Shown piece by piece: positions 14,445 through 29,024 of a stretch of DNA of 64,000 nt. The stretch spans positions 21,700,001 through 21,764,000 of the forward strand of contig CM022679.1 in assembly GCA_012295275.1 (NCBI GenBank), in the 5' to 3' direction. Below the pieces are notes generated by a model. The model worked only from the letters and a program-made list of their open reading frames with translations. It ran no database searches and was not told the DNA's origin. Both the position numbers and the translations under genes were made by a program. The first letter of the stretch is position 1, and each line of letters opens with the position of its first letter. This DNA comes from Chrysomallon squamiferum (lineage: Eukaryota; Animalia; Mollusca).

Positions 14445-17400
14445 TTATTTTTAAAGACATTGATGGTTAGCATGCTCTATCAGGAGGGTATAAAATTAAT
14501 ATTTTTTTAATGACATTTCAGAACATTTTAATATTGTCTTCTCAGACTTACTGTTTTCACATGATAATGAAATGAAACCAGCCGTCAACACTCCATGATC
14601 CACCCCTACTAATCAGCATATAAAATATGACTTATATATACCTTCCAGTAAACAGTAAAAATTACCAAAACGTCAACAAGCTCATATAATCACAAACACG
14701 TACTGCTATCACATCTATATTGTTTTCTTCTTCTTCTTTTTTTTTTTTTTTTTTTATAAATCTAAAATAACAATTTTAACCCAAACAATCATTTGAATTT
14801 TTCTACCAACAGAAATGAATTTATTAATTACAAAAACAGAATGGGTCGTGTACTGACAAACCCTCTAGCGCAGCTGACACACAAATACTTGCCTGAGATC
14901 TGTAAAAACTACGTAGATGTATTCATCTAGATGGCCACTCGATATCGCGATCTCTGGTATGGTGCCAAGCCGTCTTATTGCTTCAATTACCAGCTAATCT
15001 CATCTCTGCTGATGGCATCAGTCTATTTTTGGCAAAAACCGCGGCCCAGTATCTCGCTAAGAAATATATTTTGACATATATGGAGTAAACCATTCTGCTG
15101 AATTTATGCAGGCTTTTGTGATAACATCTTCGTTTAGATCGCTTTATGTGAAAAAAAAAAAAAAAAAAAAAAAAAAAACTTGGCAATGCACGAACGTCGG
15201 AATTGTTCGTTTGTTGAAATGACGCAGTTAAAATGTACGATGTGCTGAACATTGGTGAACATTTTATGCTCGTCTGAGTATGTGAATAATTATTTGAAGC
15301 CTTTTTATTATTTTTTTTTTTTTCTTTTCTAAAAGACAGAAAAAAAAAAAAAGTAAATGATATAAAAATAACATATGACAAAAAATGTAAAATAAATAAT
15401 TGAATACGTGAACAGAGGCAGAAATACGCCAGTAATCACCATCAATTTTTACAATGCTCTAAACCGTTGCTGCTGATGGTTTTGTTACTACACTGACATA
15501 GTTAAATTATTTAACAGCAACTGCAGTAGCAGCAGCAGATCAACAATAATAACATAGCATTAGGTAAATGATGAGATCATTATGCTCTTCAGTAAAATCA
15601 GACAAGTGGTGTGCTATTGCTGGTGTTAATACAGTGACACACGGTTAACAACAATGGTAGCAACAGCAACAGCAACACCAACAACAACAATAACAGTAAT
15701 AAGAATAAAGCTTGAGATAAAAAGTTATCACCATTTCATCATGACCATCATACTCTTCAATAAAACCAGAGAAATGGTATGAAAATGTAATAACGGCGTT
15801 GTGTCAATGGTTTTTAATTTTGTTGTAAAACTGTAGCTAAAACCAATACAATTCAGACTGATAGTTTACTTGACACGTTTTCGTAAGGAAAGGTCTTTTA
15901 GGTTAGTGTTAGCTCGATCAGTTTTTCTTCGGAGTTTGTCCATTAAATACACCGAACAACAACAACATTTAATATATATATATAAAGAAAGAAAAAAGAA
16001 AAGAAAAGAAATTAATAATATAATGAATTAAAATTAAAAAGAAAGAAGAAAAAAAAGCACTTAAAGCTTTCATATTTAACCTTTCTAGCAAAAATCTAAT
16101 TCTTGAAGGTTTAAAATTTACCACATATTTTAAAGAAGAATAAAATAACCCAGATTTCTAATTCATTTCTACCTTTGTCTCATTTGCAATATGATCGTCT
16201 AAAAACTGTTCATACGACTCTCTGATAAGCAGTGTACGATAAAAAAATATAAAAAAATCACTTTTAGAATGGTTCAGTGTGACATAACGTTGCAAATGAT
16301 ACGAGTTATCTTCATGTATTTCAGAATACACGCCGTAAAGAATTACATGTAATTGAATACCATCCAAGAAAAGAGAAATAAAAGAAGACGTTTTACATCC
16401 AGACAAACAAATCGTGAAGGTTGTGTTATCACAGATAACGTTTCAGAATCGAAATGGTGAAACCGAGTGAAGCGAAGGAGAGGAATATGTTTAATGATCT
16501 GCAGCAATTATGCTTGTCATTATCGGCTACTGAAGGATAATGGTCAGTGTAAATTCGTATTACTGTGTTACATACAGACACACGCACACACACACACACA
16601 TGTATGTGTATGTGTATAATACAACAATACGAATTTATATGTATATGTATATGTATAATATGACTGAATAGAAAGTCTGTTTATATACACATACGATTTT
16701 ATGCATACAGAAGTATTTAAAAAAATCGAAGTTCCATCAGCGTTATTTATAATCAATATTCTTTTATGTGCGCACATAAGTACATACACAGATGCATACG
16801 AACAATATCTATTACATTACAATAAATAATTAATGTGTTATCGTGTAAACAGTTTAAATGTCAGTTGGTTTGTGGTTTTCTTCTTCTTCTTCTTCTTCTT
16901 CTTCTTCACTGCTGCAAAAGGCTACGTAAGCGCCCGACTTGATAAATTTTATTAACACCGTGGTATTTATTTAATTTTCAAAACGTACACGAGATTGCAC
17001 TTTAAATGTCACCTCGAGAAATGGCCTGTGTCTGCCGCTTTTCAGCGGTCACGTGACCCATTATGGCAGACATGGATTATCGAGACTGTGCTGTCATACA
17101 CACGTGAATTAACCCGCCATTAGTAGGCCCCGATCTAGCCCGAGAGCGACGTATCTTGATTTAAGATTCAGCAGAACGTGCAGTTTTCAATTAAGGTTTG
17201 TGAGCGCCTCACTCTGCAATGCGGACTGCTGTGGCAATTGCTGCTCATAATGGGGCCGAGTGCGCTGGGCTTTGTACCGAAGCCATGGAACATAAAACAG
17301 CGAGGTTGTACAAAGAGGTTAATTGATGAATTAAGCAAATCCACAAGAAAGATGGCCGCTTTTTTTTTCTTTGGTTTCAACTCTCAAGTGTATGTGAAAA

Positions 17401-17511
17401 AAAACGTGAAAATGATCATCCAAGAAAATAAGAAAATAATAAAATAAATAAAGAAATAAAGAAAGAAAGAAAGAATGAACTGTATGCATGAACTCATTGC
17501 AAACACTCACA

Positions 17512-17567
<56 letters not shown>

Positions 17568-18289
17568 TTGAAACAAATGCTAGGCATGCTTTGATACCTA
17601 TTCTATCAGTTTACAAGCAGGACAAAAGGCCGTAGCGTGTTCAGAGTAAACGTTTCAGTCCATTATTGTATTTCATTAAGGCTTGTCTTTCACTTGTTCG
17701 TGAGAAAAGGACAAAATAACCGAGAAAGATTGAACCTGGTACTGTTAAAACGCAAGGCAAGACGACTCAAGAGAACCACATTCTGAGATCTGAGTGGAAT
17801 GTTAGAATACAAGTATAAAGAGAGAGAGAGAGAGAGAGATATTCATATACATACACTTACATACGCTAAAATATATACACATGAAAGTATACATTCGTGA
17901 ATACATACATACACATTACGTTCGTACATACGTACATACATACATACATACATACACATACACATACACACATAAAACATAGATAGGTACACTGCACATA
18001 GGTACATACATACAAACACACATAGATACGTATTTATATCGTCTTGCCAGAATGGTGTTTAATATTCATTAATCCATCCATTCATTTAATTTATTCAAAT
18101 AATTTTATCTGATTTGTGTTGCTAAGTGAAAAAAATTACAACCCTGGAAACAGTTTCACAGCATCATTCAGCACACATGGCCTTTAATCCAATTTTGAGG
18201 CGAAGTTTAACTACGTAGAAAAATATAAACGATGAACTGGTTAGCTTTAGTTTCTTTCGTCCACACTTACACACTTAATATTACACGAA

Positions 18290-19088
18290 GAAAGAATATT
18301 AAGTAGTTTATATAAGAAAGAGCAAACAGGAATATTAACTAATTGGTAAAAGAAGAAAGATAATATTAACTACTTCATGTAAGATAATGAAACATTTTGA
18401 CTAGTTATGACAAAAAATATATATATATATTTATTTCATATAAGTTTATATAATAGAAAAAATAAAAATAAATAAAATAAAATAAAATAAAATAAAATAA
18501 AATAAAATAAATAAATAAATAGTTTAAGAGAAAAAACACAGTAGTAACTAGTTTATATGAGAGAACAAAATAATATTAATTAGATTACATAAGAGAAAAA
18601 AGATAATATTAACTAGTCAAAGAAAACAAAATATTAACTAGTTTATTCTAAGAGGACAAAAAACAATATTAACCAGTTTAAGAGAATAAAAAATAATTTT
18701 AACTAGTTTACATAATAAAATAAAACAGAATATTAACTAGTTTAAAAGAATAATAAAAAAATTGAACCAGTTTAAGAGAACAGCAAGAATATTAACATGT
18801 TTATGTAACAGAAAAAATAATTAAAGTAGTTTATGACATAACGAGAATTTTAATTATTTTATGTAAGAAAATAAAACAGAATATTAACTATTTCACGCAA
18901 GAGAACAAAACAGAATACTAACTAGTGTACGTATGAGAAGAAACATAATATTAACTAGTTTACGTATGAGAAGAAACTATTAACTAGTTTACGTATGAGA
19001 AAAAAGATAATATTAACTAGTCTAAGAGAATAAAACAGAATATTAATTAGTCTAAGAGAATAAAACAAAATATTAATCAGTTTATGTA

Positions 19089-19130
<42 letters not shown>

Positions 19131-19428
19131 GAAGTTTAGTAAGAGGACAAACGAGAATATTAACTAGTTCATGTTTGAGAAGAAAGATAACATTAACTAT
19201 TCTATCAGAATAAAACAAAATATTAAACAGTTTATGTTAGAGGACAAACAGAATATTAACTAGTTTATGCACGAGAAGAAAGATAACATTAACTAGTCTT
19301 AGATAAAAAAAGAAAATATTAAACAGTTTATGTTAGAGGACAAAAGAGAATATTAACTTGTTTATGCACGAGAAGAAAGATAACGTTAACTAGGCTTAGA
19401 TAATAAAAGAGAGTATTAAACCAGTTTG
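18290..19428. repeat. Degenerate ~32-bp minisatellite with core AATATTAACTAGTTTA; 3-monomer higher-order repeat at the right end
   Basis: Many aatattaactagtt variants. GAGGACAAA-containing units start at 19143, 19240 and 19336 (period 96-97 nt, three monomers each). Confidence 0.85.
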
Positions 19429-20052
19429 TGTGAGGGTGACACGCCAAGGACGTCTGCTCGCTGTTCACATTTGGTGGGCGGATGATTGATTCTGTATCTG
19501 ACACAGTTCTTGATGGCTTCCTGAAGCAGACCTCCACTCCTCTCTCACCTTCCTGTGACATTTGGCGTCGCGCGGTGCCGCAGTCGCTTTCACCGACTCT
19601 TTTTCTGCTCGCTTCAGCTCAGCTGCATATTTATCTGATTAGTAGGAAGTGCAGATGCTTGGCGGCCACTTTTATCATTTACTTACACCGTCTGATACGA
19701 GGACCGGTTTCCGGCAGCAGTCGCTCGTACCGGATCGTGAACTGTACGTTCTTGCCGGAGTGCCGAGTCGGTTAGGTCACTTTCTAGTCACCCCTAGTGA
19801 GCCGAATAGTGTGTGACTCGATGTAACGTGATCCAGTGACCTATGTGAACCGTGCCGATTTTTGGGGGGCTTAGAAATATTCGTGGTTCATTTTAAATTG
19901 TTTTTTTTTTGTTGTAACTTTTGTAATATTTATTTATATGTCTTTTTTCTTTGATTACATATATGGAAAGAGGCCATGTGTTACGTAGAAACTGCGTGAG
20001 GTTAATGGTAAGCAATAATTTCTTCTGTTGTTAATCTGCTGTTGTGAATTGT

Positions 20053-20143
<91 letters not shown>

Positions 20144-21529
20144 GTTTGTTCACAGATTAGGTATGCAAAAAAGCATTAAAGAAAATGAACCAAAAAGTAG
20201 TTCAAGTGAATTAACTAGTGCATTCGTGTAAAAACGATCGAATTACAGAAACAATTTTCTTTGGTTTGTGTATCACAGAAGGGGAAAAAAAAACTAGATC
20301 TTATAAACCGCTTCAGTTCCCAGTTCTTATCTAATAAAACAACGCAACAACACGCAGAAGAAAACCATAATTCTATAAAATTCCTGGTAGGTCAGTTTAT
20401 CCAAACTCTGTCTTTAAAGAAAACAACAACAAAACAAAATACAAACAACAACAACAAAAAGTGAATCAAAAAATAATGGCACCACCAGCAATAACAATTA
20501 CAAAACAACAACAAAACAAAATACAAACAACACAACAAAGAAGAAAGTGAACCAAAAATAATTACGTCATCATCATCATCATCATCATCATCAACAATAA
20601 CAAATTAATAAACACACACAAAAAACATCCATTAAACAAATTACAGAAAAGAAATCTGTCTCTTGCGTCTTATCTCAAAACAACAAAATCCTGAAAGTCA
20701 ACCGAATACAAATCGCCTTATCTTAAGAACATCGCGTTTGCAAAATTCTGAGATATCCGTGGCTAGGACGCCAGTTCTAATAGCATTACAATGATATGTG
20801 CGAGTGGGGAACAGAGATGAATAATTTATACACCAGTTCTCCAAGGCAAGAGAACGCCGTGTTATCCAAGATTAACATTTGATATCTGGAGAATATTCAC
20901 TTTCGAAAATCCACCGAACGAAATAATATTTTATTGTAAAAAAAAAAAAAAACGACCCTTTTAATTTGAATGACGTACGTGAAAGTAATACGACAAAAAT
21001 GTATCTTGTTATGTAAATACTATTGTTATATTGTAATCAGTTGTTCTGTAGAGTTAAAACTTCCATTACACATTTACATGATATGAAGATGAAGAGGACA
21101 ACGATTACGACGACGACGATAATGATGACGATGATAACAATATAACAACAATCATAATGATGATATTTATGATGATGAATGAATGAATGACAAAATACTG
21201 TTGTTATGGTGATATAATTTTGTAATAACGATACTGATGATGATGGAACATCACAACAACAACAACAAACAATAACAATAATAATAATAATAATAATAAT
21301 TAATAATAATAACAATAATAATAATACACACATTCCCAGCACATCATTATAAAACGTTCTGTTATGACTATCAGATCGTATTTCACGTGTCAAGTAAATA
21401 TAACGATTTTACCCATCTGCAGACCACAGACCCATTAGCTGCCTCAGAAACCTCGCAGAACAAATGTATCCTTGACACCATTCATGCTACGTCATCAACG
21501 TCACAGACAGCATGATAATAACCAGTAAA

Positions 21530-21675
21530 CGTGGTCAACGTTCTTGCAAAGGAAAACACTTTTAAAGACAGCCATCATTATAATCAACAACGTGGCCAAC
21601 GTTCTCGCAAACGGAAAGACAGTTAAAGACAGGCGTCATTATAATCAGCATCGTCGACAACATGTTTACAAAAGC
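21530..21675. repeat. 61-bp tandem repeat, about 2.4 copies
   Basis: cgtgg[t/c]caacgttct.gcaaa...ttaaagacag...tcattataatca starts at 21530 and 21591, with a partial third copy at 21652. Confidence 0.8.
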
Positions 21676-21729
21676 AGAGAGTAACGCATTCAAAAATCTA
21701 CAGACATATAGAAAATAAATCATACATTT

Positions 21730-21764
<35 letters not shown>

Positions 21765-22587
21765 TTATTATTATTATTTTTTTTATTATTATTTTTTATT
21801 ATTTTTTTTTTTTTTTTTTTTTTTTCTGGCTTCAGAATCATTCATGACAAACTACTTACATGTCGTATATAATAGATATGACGCAATAACTTCCTGGTGC
21901 AAAAATAAAAGACATATATATATATATTATCAGTAATATCCTAGATTATTATTATTTTTTGAAGACACGAAGATAACACACACTTCTTACTCAGATATAA
22001 CGCGGCTGTTAGGAACCAGGACGCGATAACGTTATTGCTGCTGGTATTAGAAGCACCATGTTGATGGCGCTCGTAAATACGGTTAAATTTACCGTATGAA
22101 AGGACAGTCCGCGTGTAGACAGTTAGCTTTCCTCTCTTTTGTGCAGTCTTCTGAATAATTCGTGTTTACTTCCAACCTCTTTCTGTAGACGGACATTCAG
22201 AGGTAGTTTGTTTTTCCCAATAACTCTGTTAAACGTCGAAAGCTTGCATAACGCACAAAATTCCAAGGTCTTATATAAATACTAAACCGCGTTATATTCT
22301 ACAGAATTATTATTTCCGCAGTCACAGAAACACTCGTTAATTGTTCATTAGTTCTGTGGAAGCGTGTTTTACACCCGAAATCATACGTATTGGATTCACA
22401 CATCTTTGTTTTATCTTAACCTAGTTGTGTTGGTTTTGTAAAGCTTAAATGTTGAGGTTACGTAATGATATTATATGTTAGAGGTTCGTAACGTTAATAT
22501 AATTATTAGTTCGTTTCGTAACGAATCTGTATATATATTGGAAATTGCACTATAATTATGTACAGAAGAAATTATATAATAATTATA

Positions 22588-22664
22588 TAGGTTGTGGTTA
22601 CATAATCATTATTTAGGTTGTGGTTACATAATCATTATTTAGGTTGTGGTTAAATAATCATTAT
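22588..22664. repeat. 26-bp tandem repeat, 3 copies
   Basis: taggttgtggtta[c/a]ataatcattat at 22588, 22614 and 22640. Confidence 0.9.
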
Positions 22665-23087
22665 ATATAATGCTTATAAATATATATATATTTCCTGGTT
22701 GTATTGTAAATACGGATATTGCCAGTTATTTAAAAATTAAGTATATCGCTGGTTATTCAGTATAATTACGTACACTGTTTCAATTATTTTATATATAACG
22801 CCGGTTATTTAAGGTTATTTAATAAACATATATTCTGAATTTCAAAATAAAAATAATTATATATAGTATAATAACGATTATACACTTATATAGTAAATAA
22901 ATATCATACAGAAATCTATTCACTAAATGTAAAAATGTTAAGAGAAATTAGAAACAATTTTTTTTTTTTACATTTTTGTTATTACATATATCTGTAGGAA
23001 TTACCATTCGGAACCGAAATTGCTGCATATCGTCTAAAAGTCATTTTATTTAATTTTCTCCAAAATTTTTATGGGTTTTTTTTTTTT

Positions 23088-23124
<37 letters not shown>

Positions 23125-23243
23125 TCTCTGTACCTTTTAGTCCAGGTGATTCACTAACAAAAAAAACAATTTCCACCTAGAAATTAAAACTATGATACAG
23201 AAAAGTACGTGACGTCATTTTTCGACGCTTTGTCTTCACTTAC

Positions 23244-23451
23244 CTTTGTCCTCGCACTTACGCCACAGGCCCGAGTACACGCTTCTGTAGGTGGCGGGGA
23301 TCGTCGTGTTGTATTCCGAGTCCTTCTTCAGGCGCTCCCTCGTGTACAGCCAGTAGTCCGTGGCGACGGCTATGCAGAGCAGTCCGAAGGCGGCACACGC
23401 GCACACACTGGTCATGATCGTAAGTAATCTTTTCTTAGAGCAGCAGTCCAT
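23244..23451 (-). CDS. CACNG: Stargazin/TARP-like (voltage-dependent calcium channel gamma subunit family, AMPA-receptor auxiliary subunit-like) gene, coding exon 1; remaining exons not found in the window
   Basis: Translation MDCCSKKRLLTIMTSVCACAAFGLLCIAVATDYWLYTRERLKKDSEYNTTIPATYRSVYSGLWRKCEDK(G) has the TARP hallmarks: TM1 ending IAVxTDYWLY, then SGLWRxC. ATG at 23451 is in strong context (atcATGg) with an in-frame upstream TAG at 23568-23566. Canonical phase-1 donor AAAG|GTAAGT, intron starting at 23243. Exact paralog assignment is not possible from one exon. Confidence 0.9.
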
Positions 23452-24098
23452 GATATTTGCAAAACTACTTCTCGTTTTGGCCTGCTTAAGTCGGCGTCGT
23501 TCTTTTTGGTCCACTCCGATCCAAATCCGGTTAGTGTAGAGCGAATTGAAGTTGAAACGGCACGCCTATACATCTGTGGGTTTTTGGAAGTTAGTGTGGT
23601 TGGTACACTATGTTCTTATGTTGCCAGATGGGTTTTTTGGTAAAGGTGACTGTCAGAAAAGAAGACGAAGACGGAGACGAAGACGAAGAAGACAACGACG
23701 AAGAAGAAGATGATGATGATGTTGATGATGTAAAACACACGGCGGTATCGTCTCCCGACAGCTTCGTGGTAGATCCATACGAAGACGACGTAGTAACAAA
23801 TGTCGCGCACATTCCCCGATGGGTCAGTGAAAACAATAGCTAAATGCCGGCAGTAATCGGCAACGTTGACACTTTAATAACCGAATGCATTACAATCCTT
23901 CACAAAACCAGACTACTCACTCTCGTTAACAAACAAACTCTCTTTTTCCTTATGAATTACTTCCAGTGCGAACACAATTCTCGATACAATAAAAAAAAAT
24001 TTACCAGCGATTCCTAATCAAAAAGCAAACCATGCTTAACAATGGAGCCATTCCTGCTCTCCGTGGCGGAAGGCATATTCAGTCCTGTGATCGAGAAC

Positions 24099-24113
24099 GG
24101 CGCATGCGCCAAT
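24099..24113. promoter_or_regulatory. NRF1/Erect-wing-type palindrome overlapping a CCAAT box, in the putative TARP promoter
   Basis: GGCGCATGCGCC is a perfect 12-bp palindrome with the GCGCATGCGC core. It runs into CCAAT and lies in a CpG-rich stretch about 650 bp upstream of the ATG. Motif match only. Confidence 0.5.
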
Positions 24114-25588
24114 AATTCTCCTTAAATAAGCCAGATGGAAGCGAGTTCCCTCCGAGACCGATGGCACATCGCTTGCAGTTTTTCGGCGATGGCGCTGAAA
24201 TTAAACATCGTCTGTCAGAAAATTTTCATAATGACGGCGTATCGTGACCAACATACACAGTTGCAGTTTAATGAGGACTGCTAGTCGGGGTGGTCACTTG
24301 ATTATATTTCTCCAAACACTCAATGGCTCCCAATAAATGAAGTTATCGGAAGGCTGCAACGCCGTAACCGCAAGTTAATCGTATAAGGTAATGGTATCGA
24401 TTTTGCAAGCTCGGAACGCCAAACATGATCTTTCGTTTAAAGGAGTGTGTGTGTGTGCGCGTTTTCATTTGCCGTGCAGGACAAAGCAAACAGCGCTCGT
24501 CTGTGAAACAAAAGTCGTAACATCGCAGAAATGTGCTCGCAAAACAAAACAAAACAGAAAAAGGTAATTCGAAAAAGCTAATGTAGCCACCGCTGCAAAA
24601 TAAGATAACCTAAACGATAACGATGCTTAAACCAAACAATAATTTCGGCGTATTCGAGAGTTGCATTAGTTGTAACAACAGAAAGAGCGATGACAAAGGA
24701 GAGGCAAATCATAGCACATTGTCAGCGACTTTTCACAAACAGTGATTTATAATTAAACGGGACAATTTCAAAACAGATCTGAAGGTTTTATTTATTATCT
24801 TCTCTTAGTCATTCGCAGTAAAAAGCTGACAGTTTGAGATGAATAGTGAATGTAGGTCATGTTTGCCAAATAATTCATGTATATATATATCTGTGTGATA
24901 TGATTGTAATTATTTTATGATGTTTGTTTGTTTGAATATCTGTATTTTTTTTTTTTTTTATTATTTGTAGACGTATTTGAAATTGTAACTGTACATATTT
25001 TATTTGTGTCAAAATTTGTAAGAGTAACTGAGACATTAAGAAAAGAAAATCCACGTGACCATGATGCTTATACGTTTCAAAAAGAAGTAAATCTCGTGCT
25101 GAGAAAATGAGAAAAAAATTAAAAATTAAAAATTAAATAATTAAAAAAATCAAAAATTTAAAACAGCAGCAAGTTGAAGAAAAAGACGAAGACGTAGAAG
25201 AACAACAACAACCACTACTACTACTACTACTGTTACTTATAGTACAGCTACCATCTATACAACTGCTACTTCTACTACTACTACTATTACTATAGTTTTT
25301 ATTGATTGTTTTTATGGTATTTTAAATTTTATATATCTCATTCTGTGTGAAAATTCGTACATATAATTGCACATATATATATAAGTAGCTGAAAATACAT
25401 ATGTATATGTCACTAAATATATTTAGTATACATTTAATTGCATATATGGTATTTTTACAATTTTTATCATGATTTTAATTATTTATATCAACGATAATGT
25501 TACTACTACTACTACTACTACTATCATTACAACTGCTACAACTATTAATCATAACTAATAATACACTTATAACAACAACAACAACAAC

Positions 25589-25630
<42 letters not shown>

Positions 25631-26253
25631 TAATGTTAATAACATTTAGTTATTTATTTGTTTTATATATATATATATATATATACATATATATACACAC
25701 ACACACACACACACATATAATTAATTTTTTTAAATTAGACCTTTCACATAAAACACATATATATCATAGTTTATTTTGTCAATTTTTTTTAATTTGACCT
25801 TTCATATAAAACGATCTATATGTAGGAATGTATTGTTATTGTTCTACTTCTTTGTGTCCAACAGTCAAAGATATGTTAATTATATAGACCTTTCTATCCG
25901 CCCTTCTTCAAGTAGGAATAAAACAGAACCAGATTATTTATTTACTTATTTATTATTTTAATCATTTTACATGTATTAATGTATACAAGTATGTACGTAT
26001 GGGTGTATGAATAAATAAATAAATAAATAAAGTACATTTCATGCATACATACATACATATATTCATTTTTATAAACACATACATACATTGATGTACAGGC
26101 GTATGTGTGTATGTATGTATTTATTAATATGAATATATGTATATGCATGCACGAAATGTATTTTATTTATTTATTTATTTATTTATTTTACTCCTTGCAT
26201 TTGAAGACGATATGTCAAACTGCGGTCATATTTGCCTTCTTGTTAGATAGACG

Positions 26254-26294
<41 letters not shown>

Positions 26295-26665
26295 CAGCTG
26301 ACGAAAACATGCTTACGAAATTGTTAAACACATATTCGCCATCACCCACCCGCCCACACACTCAGTCGCATCCACGCATGTTGAGATCGAAAATGATTAC
26401 AAGCAATAATTCCATAAGACCTCAGGGAAGCGGTATTGAAAACGTCATAACGGTACATTGGCCGTTACTCTCGGAAACCCACTGGCCGTAAACAAATTAA
26501 TGCATTTTTGAGGGAAAAAAAGAAAAAAAAAAAAAAAAAAAAAAAAAAAGACGCCTGGATAATTATCTTTTTAGTCCGTGCGTCCAGCTCTCCTGGCGAC
26601 GCCCGGGCACGTCAGTGTTAATAACGTTTTGCCACGTTATGCCAACGAGAAGTAATGTCGTCTGA

Positions 26666-27343
<678 letters not shown>

Positions 27344-27528
27344 AATTTGGAATTAACAGAAGTAAAAGAAAGAAATAAGAGACTGTAGAAGTCAGTGATA
27401 GCTTGCTCGCAAATATTGTTAGTGATACAACAGCCTTGATGGAAGCCATATCAGTAAAAAGTAAATAAATAAATAGATTTTTAATAATGATAATGATAAC
27501 GAAGATCATAATGATAGTAACAGTAACA

Positions 27529-27584
<56 letters not shown>

Positions 27585-28116
27585 TAATTATTATTATTAT
27601 TATTATTATTTTAAATAAATAAATAAATAAAAAACCTCGATAAAAGGCTCGGATTTCAGTTTTTGAATTCTGTCAACAGCATAAATATTCTAAAAATATT
27701 GATTAAAGCACTCAGGAAAAAAAAAAAATGACATAATAAAATCAATAGAATGCTTTATACCAAGACCTGCCTCTATTTTTGAGGATTAAATTTAAAGCAT
27801 AGCAAAACCAAACAATCCATATTGAGCACTAACAGTTCTCTAAGACTCCTAAGACCAGAAACAAGATATATGTTTTAATTAAAAAAATATCTGTTGTAAT
27901 AAGATAGGTGAAGTCTTGCTCTGGAAGATGTAAAGATTATTGTCGTCCACCTAATCTTGTTCCACAAAACAGGGGACACAGTTCTATAAAATAACTGTAT
28001 ATTCTAATTCATACTGAAACTACAAAAAACAGTAAAATAAGTGTTGTTGTTGATGCTGTTGTTGCTGAATATAGTAATATGAAGAGGCCCTGTTTCACGT
28101 GTTGGAAGAAAAGTAA

Positions 28117-28191
<75 letters not shown>

Positions 28192-28987
28192 CAAAACACA
28201 GGACAAAAGAACTGAAAAGCAGCTCACAATGAAAATTGTTGAAGTTTTCTCATTTTTAATAATGCATGTTACTTTTCTCCGCTTTACTCTATACATTTCC
28301 TGCCAAGGCGAACGCTGAGGTAATTTTACTTTTAACAAAAACCAATATTCGCTTAGGCGTTAAGTGTCGAAAACAGTGTTAGAAATCTTTATTGTACAGT
28401 CATAACTCTCGTTCAATATACTGGATGTGTCGCATAACTGCACTGGATCAGAGATGTGCAAATTAAATTTTAGTCGACCATAAATCTTCAAATGAAACAT
28501 AAAAGAGTTGCAACTTTTTTCTTTTTTTCCTTCTTAAATAACGTATTGAACAATCAAAGACATGCAGAGAGATCCAAGAGAATGCTCAGCTGGTCTTCAC
28601 CCGTGTTATTTATTCCAAGATATTTCCTTTTCTTTTATATTGTTATTCGTGTCTTTTTTTGTATTCTGTATGCAACGGTGGATTCCGGTTTTCTTTCTTT
28701 CTTTCTTTCTTTTTTTTATTTTTTTTTCGTACAATTTAGATTCGTTCCTGAATGCAATTTTAACTGTTCGATTCCTTTCTTTTTTTTCATGGTGACAGGT
28801 TTTGAGTTCGGAATGGATCTCGATGGTTGGAGCGAAAGATTGACTCGTGGCAGTTTGCGGTATCGATCCTTCACGCGGCGTATTTCCAGTTCTAGCCAGG
28901 GGCTCAATGTCTGGTTTATCAAATACGATGGTATACGCTTTCTTGATTGACTATGAATGAGTGTGTGTGTGTGTGTGTGTGTGTGTT

Positions 28988-29024
<37 letters not shown>

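Noticed and set aside
18290-19428. CRISPR-like repeat/spacer appearance
   Set aside because: Repeats are degenerate, the spacers are related to each other, there are no cas genes, and the context is a eukaryotic intron.
19687-19741. Possible TARP internal exon before a GTAAGT donor
   Set aside because: 55 nt is not frame-preserving and there is no TARP-like sequence; could only be a non-coding or alternative exon.
23452-23514. N-terminal extension MDQKERRR... given by the ORF track for the TARP exon
   Set aside because: It starts at GTG. The first in-frame ATG is 23451, in strong context, and gives the usual short TARP N-terminus.
23610-23843. Acidic + strand ORF (DEDGDEDEED...)
   Set aside because: It is the antisense reading of the trinucleotide-type repeat in the TARP leader, with no domain or splice support.
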